The notes beneath the pieces are model-generated. The model ran no database searches, was not told the origin of the DNA, and saw nothing but the letters and a program-made list of their open reading frames with translations. Shown here in pieces: positions 18,536 to 27,292 of a DNA stretch of 64,000 nt. Made by a program: the position numbers and the translations under genes. How positions within the stretch are numbered: the stretch's first letter is position 1; each line of letters opens with the position of its first letter. The DNA lies in NCBI GenBank assembly GCA_965203055.1, contig OZ241863.1:2656001-2720000 (forward strand), in the 5' to 3' direction. This stretch comes from Spirochaetia bacterium (lineage in GTDB: Bacteria; Spirochaetota; Spirochaetia; SZUA-6; Bin103).

Positions 18536-19440
18536 TGCGGGGCTCGTTTGGTCAGCTTCAGCCGCCGGCGCACCCGGTCCGGGCCGATCACCGCGGCGCC
18601 GAGGCGCTCGATGATGGTTACGGCGCGCTCGACGAGCTGGGCGTTGGTGGCCAGCACGCCCCGGGAGAGATACAGGTTGTCTTCCAGTCCGACGCGGACG
18701 TTGCCGCCGGCGAGCACGGCCGCGGCGACGTAGGGCATCTGGTTGCGGCCCAACGCGAAGGCGGAGAACACCCAGTCGCGCGGCACGTTGTTGACCATTG
18801 CCAGCAACGTGTTCAGGTCATCCGGCGCGCCCCAGGGGATGCCCATGCAGAGCTGCAGCAGCGGCGGGGGTTCCACGATTCCCTCGTCCACCAGCCGCCG
18901 GGCGAACCACAGGTGGCCGCTGTCGAAGGCCTCGATTTCCGGCTTCACCCCAAGGTCCTTCATCATCTTCCCCATCGCCCGCAGCATGCCGGGGGTATTG
19001 GTCATCACGTAGTCCGCCTCGGCGAAGTTCATCGTGCCGCAGTCGAGGGTGCAGAGCTCGGGCCGGCATTCCACGATCGGCGCCAGGCGCTCGCCGGCGC
19101 CCGCCATGTCGGTGCCGGGATGCGGCGGCAGCGGCCGTTCGGGCGGGCCGAAGATCATGTCGCCGCCCATGCCGGTGGTCAGGTTCAACACCACGTCGAC
19201 GTCCGCGGCGCGAATCCGCTCGGTCACTTCGCGGTAATACTCGGTCTTGCGGCTCGGCTTGCCGGTCTCGGGATCGCGCACGTGACAGTGCACGATCGCG
19301 GCGCCCGCCCTGGCCGCGGCGATCGCGCTGGCGGCAATTTGCCGCGGACTGCGGGGCACGTGCGGACTGCGCTCCTGGGTGGCGCCGGCGCCGGTTACCG
19401 CGGCGGTAACGAACACCTCCCGCGAGCAGGCAAGGGGCAC
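18532..19440 (-). CDS. cdhC: Beta-keto acid cleavage enzyme (BKACE/DUF849), 3-dehydrocarnitine cleavage type
   Basis: TAAVTGAG, HCHVRDPETG, LNLTTGMGGD, LDCGTMNF, RVGLEDN; adjacent to carnitine dehydrogenase. Confidence 0.88.
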   Translation of the reverse strand: MPLACSREVFVTAAVTGAGATQERSPHVPRSPRQIAASAIAAARAGAAIVHCHVRDPETGKPSRKTEYYREVTERIRAADVDVVLNLTTGMGGDMIFGPPERPLPPHPGTDMAGAGERLAPIVECRPELCTLDCGTMNFAEADYVMTNTPGMLRAMGKMMKDLGVKPEIEAFDSGHLWFARRLVDEGIVEPPPLLQLCMGIPWGAPDDLNTLLAMVNNVPRDWVFSAFALGRNQMPYVAAAVLAGGNVRVGLEDNLYLSRGVLATNAQLVERAVTIIERLGAAVIGPDRVRRRLKLTKRAPQ

Positions 19441-19442
19441 GA

Positions 19443-20648
19443 CTAGCTCCCGGCGCCCTGCTCGACCAGCCGCCGCCGCTGCGCCCGCGCCAACATGCGC
19501 AGGCTGGACTCCAGCTCCTCGCGCTCGCTGTAGCAGCCGCGCAGCCAGCGGCGGCCCGAGGTCGGGTCGAAGGCGGTGCGCCCGTGCAGTACGCGGCGGT
19601 TGTCGAAGCAGGCCAGGTCACCGGGGCGCAGCCGCAGGCGGAGCTGGTTGCCGGGGTCGTTCGCCAGGCGCTGAAACCGCTTGAAGGCGGCGTAGAACGC
19701 CTTGATGGTGGCGGTGTCGCCGCTCATCGGGTTGCGCAGCCACCACGTGTAGCGCACCGCGGCAAGCTCGCCGCGGGCATCCAGCTCCAATACCGGGGCG
19801 CGGAAGCGGTGGTCGGAATCACGGTTGCGGGTACCGAACGGCACCGCCACCGTCGCCAGCAGGGTGAAGTCGTCGGGAGACTCGGCCCTGAGCTGCTCGG
19901 CCACCGCGTAGCCGTCGACGAAGATGCTGTCGCCGCCGGCGCAGGAGTTGTGCAGGCAGAACAGAAACTGCAGTCCGGGCACGTACTCGCGGGTGCTGAG
20001 GTCGTTGTGCGCCGCCAGGGCGACGCTGGTAAAGGCGTTGCTGTTGGCGTCCGGGCGGCTCTCCACCTCCCAGACGTCGCCGTAGTTCGAGTTGCGCAGG
20101 CAGCCGACGCGGCGCGGAATCTCCGGCACGATGGCCGGGTCCCGGGGCAGATCCTCGACCAAGCCCAGCCCGTCGACGTGAATGGCGGTCAACCAGGCGC
20201 CGAGAGCCGCTTCGTCGCCGGCGCGGATGGCGGCGCCGGACACCCGCGTGAGCGGCAGGCGCTGCGCCCGGCCCGGCTCCCACAGGCGGCGCGCCGGCAG
20301 CTCCTCCGCGGGCGCCTCGGGGCGGTGCGCCCACAGCCAGCCGGGATGATAGCGGCTCACCAACCCCTCCGGGTGCCAGGTAACGGCGAGGAGGCCGTCG
20401 GGCTGCACCTCCGCGGCCGCGGCGCGCAGCTCATCCGGCAGGTCGACGAGCATGATCAGCTGCTCGCGCGTCACCGGATGAATGGTGCCGAAGTCAGGGC
20501 TGAACTCCCGTAACCACACACTCGGCAGCAAGCTGCCGCTGCCGTCGCTCCAGCGCACCGCCACGTCGCCGTCTACGATGCGCGCCCCGCTGAGCGCCTG
20601 AGCCGCGGGATAGGCATCGTAGTCCGGCACCAACAACGCATCGGTCAT
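19443..20648 (-). CDS. Gamma-butyrobetaine dioxygenase-like (DUF971 + TauD) Fe/2OG oxygenase
   Basis: N-terminal W.DG...WLRE...TREQ, catalytic HND, PGLQFL, FVDG, FDNRRVLHGR, RWLRG; heads the carnitine operon. Confidence 0.85.
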   Translation of the reverse strand: MTDALLVPDYDAYPAAQALSGARIVDGDVAVRWSDGSGSLLPSVWLREFSPDFGTIHPVTREQLIMLVDLPDELRAAAAEVQPDGLLAVTWHPEGLVSRYHPGWLWAHRPEAPAEELPARRLWEPGRAQRLPLTRVSGAAIRAGDEAALGAWLTAIHVDGLGLVEDLPRDPAIVPEIPRRVGCLRNSNYGDVWEVESRPDANSNAFTSVALAAHNDLSTREYVPGLQFLFCLHNSCAGGDSIFVDGYAVAEQLRAESPDDFTLLATVAVPFGTRNRDSDHRFRAPVLELDARGELAAVRYTWWLRNPMSGDTATIKAFYAAFKRFQRLANDPGNQLRLRLRPGDLACFDNRRVLHGRTAFDPTSGRRWLRGCYSEREELESSLRMLARAQRRRLVEQGAGS

Positions 20649-20654
20649 GGCACC

Positions 20655-20728
20655 CTCCGATCAGCACGGCGCGGTAACCGGATGGAGACTTCGCCGACCA
20701 GCTCGACGAGCTCCGATCAGCACGGCGC
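20655..20728. repeat. 18-bp exact direct repeat pair in the leader of the carnitine operon
   Basis: CTCCGATCAGCACGGCGC at 20655-20672 and 20711-20728. Confidence 0.85.
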
Positions 20729-20802
20729 CGTACCAGCCGTCTATACCGTAATAATTACCAATCAGGTTTCGAGGCTGGCAAGGGCTTTGCCAAAAAAACC
20801 AG

Positions 20803-22344
20803 TCAGACGGCGCGCATCCGCCAACCGCGTACGCGGTGCGCCAGCGCGGCGCCGCCGCGGCTGAACAGCTTCACCTGCAGCGCGTCCGGGCGGGTCGGGT
20901 AGATACGTTGCGCGAGGAAGCGCTCGAACTGCCGCGCCCCCGCGCCTGCGCCCGCAAACACCTCCACCACCGAGTGGTCGACGAACACCCGCAACGTCAC
21001 CGGCGCGGCCGGGTCGAACTGCAACGGCGCGCGCTGCACCGGCCGCGCGAGCTTCGCGTCCCAGCGGGCAAAGGCAAGGTCGCGGCGCCGGCTCGCCCTG
21101 CCGAACTCGATCTCGACCGCGCGCTCGGCGGCGTTGAGCGCCACCGCGGTTTCCTCGGCGCCGTCCGGGGAACAGCGCACCTTGAGGCCGCAGACGCCGG
21201 CGCTGCCGGCCGTGATCCGCAACTCGAGCTCCAGCGCGGCGCCGCTGATCTCCGGGAGCTCCACCTCCACTTCGGCCCCGGCGCCCGCGGTAAGCGCAAC
21301 GTTGGCGCGCTCGCTCGGCCGATGCCGCAGCGCCCGCAACTCGGCGACCGGCGCGAAACGTACCGACTGGCCTCCGGGGGCGAGGGTCAGCTCCACCGGC
21401 AGGCTCATGCAGCCGCTCCACCCCGCCGCCACCAGCTCCTCCGCCGGGCGCCGCTCGTTGAGGTTGGCGAACATGATGCGGCGGCCCTGACCGTCGAGCA
21501 GCGCGCGCGGCGCGTGCAGGTTGCCGCCCGGCCAGTTGATGCGGTCGAAGCTGTGCGGCTGGAACTGCCGGTCGCGGTAGCTGCCGAGGTAATAGCGGCT
21601 GCCGCCGGGCGCGTGGTGGCAGAAGTGCAGCAGCATCCAGGTGGCCGCCTCCTCGGGGCCGATGCGGAAGAACTCCGGGCAGGCGCAGTCATCGCCGGCC
21701 GCGGTCCACCTGCGCTGCGACCGGTAGAACTGGTGCACGTACTCCCAGGCCGCGGTGTCGGCGGAGCGCGCGGCCGGCGCCAGCGGGTTCCGGCTGCGGA
21801 ACAGGTGCTGGGCGTCGCCGCCGCGGCGCACGTCGCGGGTACCGGTAAGCAGGTAGCACCACTCGCCCTCCTGCCAGGCGGTGACGTCGTTGTTGCTCGG
21901 GTAGAGCGAGTTGCCTTGCACCGGATGGCGCAGCACCGCGCTTGCCGGGTCGAACCGCCACCGCTCCAGGTCGCCCTCCGGGTTGCTGGCGAAGCAACTG
22001 GCGCCGCCGCCGTCAGGGTGCGGAAAGACGATCATCGGCGTGCCGTTCCAGGAGAACAGGTTGCCGGTCTGACCGCGCGCCACGGCATCGGGGTGGCGCG
22101 CCCAATGCGCCAGGTCGGCGCTGGAGACGTGCGCCCACGCCTTGTAGTTGTAGCCGTCGGAACGTTTCGACGGTCCGGCGGCGGCCCAGGAGTCGTGCAG
22201 GTAGAACAGGTGGTAGCGGCCGGCGTGGAACACCGCGGCGCACGGATCCCACAACAGCCCCTCATCCGGCAGGTGGTGATAGCTTGGGCGGTGGCGGTCC
22301 AGGATCAGTCGATCTCCAGGACTTCGGGGGACAGTTGATACCAC
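20803..22344 (-). CDS. Glycoside hydrolase family 32-like protein (start uncertain)
   Basis: HRPSYH, WDP...YHLFYLH, WAHVSSADL..W, CPEFF, GRRIMF, WSGCMSLP, LRVFVDHSVVEVF, RIYP. Confidence 0.8.
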   Translation of the reverse strand: MVSTVPRSPGDRLILDRHRPSYHHLPDEGLLWDPCAAVFHAGRYHLFYLHDSWAAAGPSKRSDGYNYKAWAHVSSADLAHWARHPDAVARGQTGNLFSWNGTPMIVFPHPDGGGASCFASNPEGDLERWRFDPASAVLRHPVQGNSLYPSNNDVTAWQEGEWCYLLTGTRDVRRGGDAQHLFRSRNPLAPAARSADTAAWEYVHQFYRSQRRWTAAGDDCACPEFFRIGPEEAATWMLLHFCHHAPGGSRYYLGSYRDRQFQPHSFDRINWPGGNLHAPRALLDGQGRRIMFANLNERRPAEELVAAGWSGCMSLPVELTLAPGGQSVRFAPVAELRALRHRPSERANVALTAGAGAEVEVELPEISGAALELELRITAGSAGVCGLKVRCSPDGAEETAVALNAAERAVEIEFGRASRRRDLAFARWDAKLARPVQRAPLQFDPAAPVTLRVFVDHSVVEVFAGAGAGARQFERFLAQRIYPTRPDALQVKLFSRGGAALAHRVRGWRMRAV

Positions 22345-23036
22345 GCCACGGCGCCCGACTCCACGTCGCGGCGAATGCGCTCGTCGAACCGCAGGCCGGC
22401 CACCATGGCAAACGCGCGCCGGCCGGTAAACCGGGTCAGGAACCGCGCGTTGCGCTGGGCGCGCGTGGTGTCGCGGCCGTTGGCCGTGTAGGAGACCTCG
22501 ACCGCCAAGTAGCACTCCTCTCCCGCCGCGTCGGTCGCGCACAGCATGATGTCCGCCAGCCGAAAGCTGCGCATCTCGTGCCTGGAGATGCCGTCGGTGT
22601 CGGACGATCGTACCAGATCCCGAATCTCCTCCCGGTCGAGGGTGCGGACGAACTCGAGGCCCTGCTCCTCAGCCATCAGATCGGCTTCGCGCAGGGCCGC
22701 GGTCCTGGCATGGGCGGCTTTGAGAGGAGCAATGTCAATGCGGATCTGTTGCATTTGCCGCTCCAGCGCTTCGACCCGGCGCTCCAACGCCTCAAGCCGG
22801 CGCTCAATCAGTTCAAGCCGGCGCTCCACCAGTTCAAGCTGGCGCTCCAGCGTATCGAGCCGGCCCTCGACGGCAGCGAAGCGGCGCTCGGCGGCAGCCG
22901 CAAACTCCGCCAGCTTCTGCGGCATCTCCAGCAACTCGCGCGTGAGCAGCCGCCCCCGCAACGCTTCCAGCCACTGCGGGTGCCGATCCAGAACCTGGAC
23001 CAAATCCTCTACCGTTGCTATCTGCGCCGGCTGCAT
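22305..23036 (-). CDS. Coiled-coil heptad-repeat protein with C-terminal PD-(D/E)XK-like domain
   Basis: DLVQVLDRHPQWLEALR..LLTRELLEMP; heptad repeats; ADIML...YLAVEVSYT...DTTRA.RNA. Confidence 0.7.
   Translation of the reverse strand: MQPAQIATVEDLVQVLDRHPQWLEALRGRLLTRELLEMPQKLAEFAAAAERRFAAVEGRLDTLERQLELVERRLELIERRLEALERRVEALERQMQQIRIDIAPLKAAHARTAALREADLMAEEQGLEFVRTLDREEIRDLVRSSDTDGISRHEMRSFRLADIMLCATDAAGEECYLAVEVSYTANGRDTTRAQRNARFLTRFTGRRAFAMVAGLRFDERIRRDVESGAVAWYQLSPEVLEID
22756..22902. repeat. Intragenic 21-bp (heptad) tandem repeats
   Basis: Units such as CGGCGCTCCAACGCCTCAAGC / CGGCGCTCAATCAGTTCAAGC / CGGCGCTCCACCAGTTCAAGC encoding LE.LERR. Confidence 0.85.
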
Positions 23037-23111
23037 CCGCCTCGCCTCACTGCCCAACCTATCCCCCGGCCGCCCCGACCGTCAACACGCCGCGGCGCGG
23101 CGGGTCTGTGG

Positions 23112-24317
23112 TTACTTGACCGCCATGTCGCCGATCGATTGTTCCAGCTCGGCGGCGTATCGGGGGCGGATGCGGGGCTTGGCCGGTACCTCTTCTTCGC
23201 GCAGCACCGGCGGGTGCGCGGTAGGCGGCAGCGGCGTGTCGAACTGATAGCTCGGGTCATGCTGCTGGCGCCGCCGGATGTCCAGCATCTCGCGCCAGGC
23301 GCCCCACAACGTGCGCGGCTGCGGCATGTCATCTTTGATGACCCGGTGCAGCCGGGCCAGATTGTAGCACGGCACCCCGGCGTACATGTGGTGCTCGGTG
23401 TGCCAGTTCATGCCCCAATACAGGAACTCGGAGATCGGATCGAGGGTATTGCTGCGCACGCACATACGGAAATCGGGAACGTTGTCGCGCAGCCCGCAGT
23501 GCATGGGGCCGCCGACCAGCCAGCGCAACCAAGTGCCGATGCCCAGGTGCGCGAGCAGCAGCAACGCCACGATCGGCGCCCCGAGCAGAATGGGTACGGC
23601 GCCCGCGGCCGCCAGGTAGAGCAGGCCCAGGCGCGCCCACCACACCGCCTTGCGGCGGGCGCCCGGCGCATCGCGGTAGAGCGCCTCCATCCAGCCGCCA
23701 TCGTCGTCGCCGCCGCGCCCGGTCGCCGGCGGATACCGGTCCAGCGCCGTGGTCCCGTACTGGCGCAATATCGTCCAGATCCCCGACGACTGGTAGCCGC
23801 CGGTGACGTTCACCGTGAACAACTGCAGGAGGTAGAAGAAGCGCCACGTCGGATCCTGCGGCAGCACCACCTCACGGTCGCCGGCGGGGTGCAGCGTGTA
23901 GCGGTGATGGTAGCTGTGGCTCAGCTTGAAGTCGTAGACGTTGGCGAAGCCGAGCAGGCAGTAGACGCGCATGAACAACCCGTTGAGCCACTTGGTGCGG
24001 AACACGGTGCCGTGGCCGAGTTCGTGAATCGCCGCGCCCTTGAAGAACGAACCGACGGTGCCGTGGGCGACCAGCGCCGCGCCGAACGGTGCCCACAGTT
24101 GCTCGACGAACAGGAGGCAGGCGGCTGTTCCGGTCGCGCCCCACAGCAGCAGATGCCCCACCGACTGCGCCGCGCCGCGCCAATCACTGCGCCGCATCAG
24201 CTCGCGCAACAGCGCGGGATCGATCGGACAACGGTACCACTTGACCCGCAGGGTCCGGCGGACCTCGGCCAGCGGCCGGTACGCGGCCGCCGCGCCGCCG
24301 GTATCGTTCGCCCTCAC
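23112..24317 (-). CDS. Fatty-acid-desaturase-family membrane di-iron oxygenase (MocD-like)
   Basis: His boxes HELGH, HSYHH, HTEHH; GTG start overlapping the upstream stop. Confidence 0.85.
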   Translation of the reverse strand: MRANDTGGAAAAYRPLAEVRRTLRVKWYRCPIDPALLRELMRRSDWRGAAQSVGHLLLWGATGTAACLLFVEQLWAPFGAALVAHGTVGSFFKGAAIHELGHGTVFRTKWLNGLFMRVYCLLGFANVYDFKLSHSYHHRYTLHPAGDREVVLPQDPTWRFFYLLQLFTVNVTGGYQSSGIWTILRQYGTTALDRYPPATGRGGDDDGGWMEALYRDAPGARRKAVWWARLGLLYLAAAGAVPILLGAPIVALLLLAHLGIGTWLRWLVGGPMHCGLRDNVPDFRMCVRSNTLDPISEFLYWGMNWHTEHHMYAGVPCYNLARLHRVIKDDMPQPRTLWGAWREMLDIRRRQQHDPSYQFDTPLPPTAHPPVLREEEVPAKPRIRPRYAAELEQSIGDMAVK

Positions 24318-25201
24318 GGTTCCGACGCTGCGCCTTGGAGCGCGCCGGCGCGGCGGAGCACTTCCCGGGTGCTGGCGTACACGACGCCGAGCGCCTGCTC
24401 CAGGGGCATCGCCTGCAGCCGGGTGGCGGCGGGCTCGAACGGCTCCACCCACACCGGACCCGCGTAGCCCAACTCGTGCAGGGCGCGAATCGCCGCCACG
24501 CTGTCGATGACCCCGGTAGCCAGCGGCAGCTCCCGTTCCAGGTCCTCCTGCTGCTCGCGGGAACGGCCCTTCCAGCCGTCGTTGAGATGCACGCCGACCA
24601 CGCGGTCGCCGCGGCCCAGCAGCTTGATCTGGTCGAGGGTAGCCCCGGACGTATACCAGTGGTAGGTATCGAACTGCACGCCCACCTGCGGCGAGATGGC
24701 ATCGGCCAGCGCCAGGAGGTCCGGCAACGTCCAGATGAACGGGTAGCGAAACGAGTCGCGCAGCGGCTTCGGTCCCAGGAACTCCAGGCCCGCCTGCAGG
24801 CCGTGCGCGCGGGCCGCCTCGAACACCTGGCCGAAGCGGTCCACGCACCAGGCGAAGTTGGCGTCCCGCGCGCGTTCGTTGCTGCCCGGCCAGACGTGGT
24901 TGTAGTAGCGCGGCACGCCGGCCTCCTGCGCCAGATCCATCTGCCGCCGCAGTCGCTCCAGGTCGGCCGCAAACTCCGCGCCGGAGCATTCGCGCAGCAT
25001 GTCGAGGTCCATCGGCATGATCGACCACTGCAGGCCGTGGTCGCTGACCAGGGCGGCGGCCGCCTGCGCCTGCCGGACGCTGCCTATTTCCCGGAGGGGG
25101 AAGGTCACTGCGTCGAAGCCGCACCGCTGAGCCGGCGGCAGGACCGCGGCCAGCGGCACCCGGCCCAGTCCCGACTGGTTGGGGTCGAGGTTGATCTGCA
25201 T
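24314..25201 (-). CDS. Sugar phosphate isomerase/epimerase (xylose isomerase-like TIM barrel)
   Basis: GLEFLGP, DTYHW, VHLND, RELP..TGVID, GYAGPVWVEPF. Confidence 0.85.
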   Translation of the reverse strand: MQINLDPNQSGLGRVPLAAVLPPAQRCGFDAVTFPLREIGSVRQAQAAAALVSDHGLQWSIMPMDLDMLRECSGAEFAADLERLRRQMDLAQEAGVPRYYNHVWPGSNERARDANFAWCVDRFGQVFEAARAHGLQAGLEFLGPKPLRDSFRYPFIWTLPDLLALADAISPQVGVQFDTYHWYTSGATLDQIKLLGRGDRVVGVHLNDGWKGRSREQQEDLERELPLATGVIDSVAAIRALHELGYAGPVWVEPFEPAATRLQAMPLEQALGVVYASTREVLRRAGALQGAASEP

Positions 25202-25217
25202 GCGCGCCTCCGGGCGT

Positions 25218-26057
25218 TCAGCCGCCGCCTTGGCCAAGGTGGCCTTGGAGGAACCGCACGCTGGCCGCGACCTGACGCTCCTCCAGGCCGTGGAGCAGGA
25301 TCGAGCCGCGGTAGCCGGACCGCCGCAGCTCGCCCAGGTAGTGTCCGAAGTCGAGCCGGCCGGTGCCGGCCGCGGCGTGGCCGGCGTCGCCGTCCTGCTC
25401 AATGTCCTTGGCGTGCGCCAGGGCGATGTCGCCGCCGAGCAGATCGATGGCCTCGGTAAGCAGCTCCTGCTGTCTGCTCAGCTCGCCGCGGTGGTAGATG
25501 TTGGCGCCGTCGAACACCACCTTCAGGCGCGGCGACCGCAGTTCGTCCAGGAGCTGCCGCGCCTTCGCGGCGGTGTGGACGACGTTGTTGACTTCCGGCT
25601 CGAACACCAGGGTGACGCCGCTCTCCTCGGCGGCCTCCAGGCAGGCGGCCATCGAGCGCAGCAAGTCGGACCAGGCGCCGGCGTCGTCGTTGGCGTCGTT
25701 CCACCGCCACATGCTGCGCGCATCGCGGCTCCCGGTACAGAGCGCCACCTTGTCGGCGCCGTGCGCCGGGGCGGCGCGAATCAGCCTGCGCAGCCGCTCC
25801 AGCGCGGCGCGGCGCCGCTCCGGTTCCGGGTCGACCAGGTTGGTGTAACCGGCCACCGAGTCCACCGTGATTCCCCGCTCCGCGGCCGCCGTGCGGATGT
25901 GTTCCACCAGCCCTTCATCCAGCATGGCCGGCACCTCCTGCATGCCAATGGCGGTGTAGTTCCACTCCGTGTTCTTCAGGCCGTGAGCCCGGATCGCGTC
26001 GAACACCGCTTCGACGGTCGGGCGCACGAACGTGTACGCGAAGATGCCGAGCCGCAT
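25218..26057 (-). CDS. Sugar phosphate isomerase/epimerase (xylose isomerase-like TIM barrel)
   Basis: LCTGSRD..MW, FEPE, VFDGAN, AHAKD, AGTGRLDF, LHGL. Confidence 0.85.
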   Translation of the reverse strand: MRLGIFAYTFVRPTVEAVFDAIRAHGLKNTEWNYTAIGMQEVPAMLDEGLVEHIRTAAAERGITVDSVAGYTNLVDPEPERRRAALERLRRLIRAAPAHGADKVALCTGSRDARSMWRWNDANDDAGAWSDLLRSMAACLEAAEESGVTLVFEPEVNNVVHTAAKARQLLDELRSPRLKVVFDGANIYHRGELSRQQELLTEAIDLLGGDIALAHAKDIEQDGDAGHAAAGTGRLDFGHYLGELRRSGYRGSILLHGLEERQVAASVRFLQGHLGQGGG

Positions 26058-26062
26058 GTTCC

Positions 26063-27118
26063 TCACAAGGCTCCGGGGTCGATCGGCAGCCAGCGCCGTT
26101 CCGCCGCCGCCTGCGAGATCACTTCCATCACGTAGCTGCGGTAGGCGGCCTCCCGGACGGTTACCAGGTGGCTCCGCTCGCCGCCGCCGACGGCGTCGAT
26201 GAACTGCTCCAGCGGCTGCGGCAGGCGCGCCGGCAGGTCGGTCCACGGTTCCCGGCCGGTGGCTCCGTCGACGGCGGCGGACAGCAGAAACAGCTCGTTG
26301 TCCCAATCGTGGTGCCGCGCGCCGGGAGCGTTGCGCATCACCGCGTGCCCCTGGGTGCCGCTGATCAGCAATGACGCGGGCTCCGCCAGGTCCACCCAGC
26401 TCGCCGCAATGGTGGCGATGGCGCCGTTGTCGAAGCGCAGGATCGCCTCGCCGCATTCCTCACCCTGCGGATAGCGCCGCAGCGGGCGCGAGAAGGCGGC
26501 GGTCACCGCCTCCAGACGGGCCGTGCCGCCCATGAGGAACAGCAGGAGGTCCAGCTTGTGAGTGCCCAGATCGCCGAACCCGCCGAACCCGGCCTGCCGC
26601 GGGTCGGCCATCCACTGCCAATCGGAGTGGAATATGTCATCGATCGCCGCGGCGGTGCCGAACACCAGCCGCAGCCGACTGAGTTCACCGAACGCCGCCT
26701 CGGAGATCAGACGCTTGAGCAACCGGTGCGCCGGGATGGTGCGGTTGAAGTATCCGGTGTGGAAGATCACGCCGGCGGCTTCCAGCGCCTGCATCATCCG
26801 CCTGGCGTCAGCCAGTCCGATGCCCAGCGGCTTCTCGACGAAGCAGTGCTTGTTCGCGCGGGCGATCTGCCGCACCAGCGATTCGTGGCGGTTGGTCTGC
26901 GACAGCACGACCACCGCGTCCAGGTCCGGTATGCCGAGGACTTCCGCGGGGTCGGCTGCCGCGCGGCACTGCAACTTGCGGGCGTATTTCCCGGCGATGG
27001 CCGGATCGGGATCCCACACCGCGGCCACCGCGACGTCGGCGCGGGCCGCCAACACCTCGACGAACCCGGGCGTGTGAATGTGGCTCGCACCGAGCAGCGC
27101 CAACTTCCTGGTCTTCAT
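26063..27118 (-). CDS. Gfo/Idh/MocA family oxidoreductase
   Basis: HCFVEKPLG, GFGGFGDLGTH. Confidence 0.88.
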   Translation of the reverse strand: MKTRKLALLGASHIHTPGFVEVLAARADVAVAAVWDPDPAIAGKYARKLQCRAAADPAEVLGIPDLDAVVVLSQTNRHESLVRQIARANKHCFVEKPLGIGLADARRMMQALEAAGVIFHTGYFNRTIPAHRLLKRLISEAAFGELSRLRLVFGTAAAIDDIFHSDWQWMADPRQAGFGGFGDLGTHKLDLLLFLMGGTARLEAVTAAFSRPLRRYPQGEECGEAILRFDNGAIATIAASWVDLAEPASLLISGTQGHAVMRNAPGARHHDWDNELFLLSAAVDGATGREPWTDLPARLPQPLEQFIDAVGGGERSHLVTVREAAYRSYVMEVISQAAAERRWLPIDPGAL

Positions 27119-27292
27119 GCGGTTTCAGCCATTCTTGGTTGCCATGCGGCCAGTATAGCGGGATTGTCCGCGCCGCGGTACCCGCCGGCCCCGCGGGCCC
27201 GCGGCGGGGCGCGGCCGGTAGATTGACCAATGGCCGCGGTCGTGGAATCATCGAGCTGTCCCATGCCATACGCAACGAAAGGAGCGAAATCG

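Noticed and set aside
20655..20728. Possible mini CRISPR array (repeat-spacer-repeat)
   Set aside because: Only two 18-bp copies, one containing an RBS; no cas genes in the window.
21942..24467. 841-aa plus-strand ORF and many similar long Arg/Ala/Gly-rich ORFs
   Set aside because: Antisense or off-frame shadows of well-supported genes, with no family motifs.
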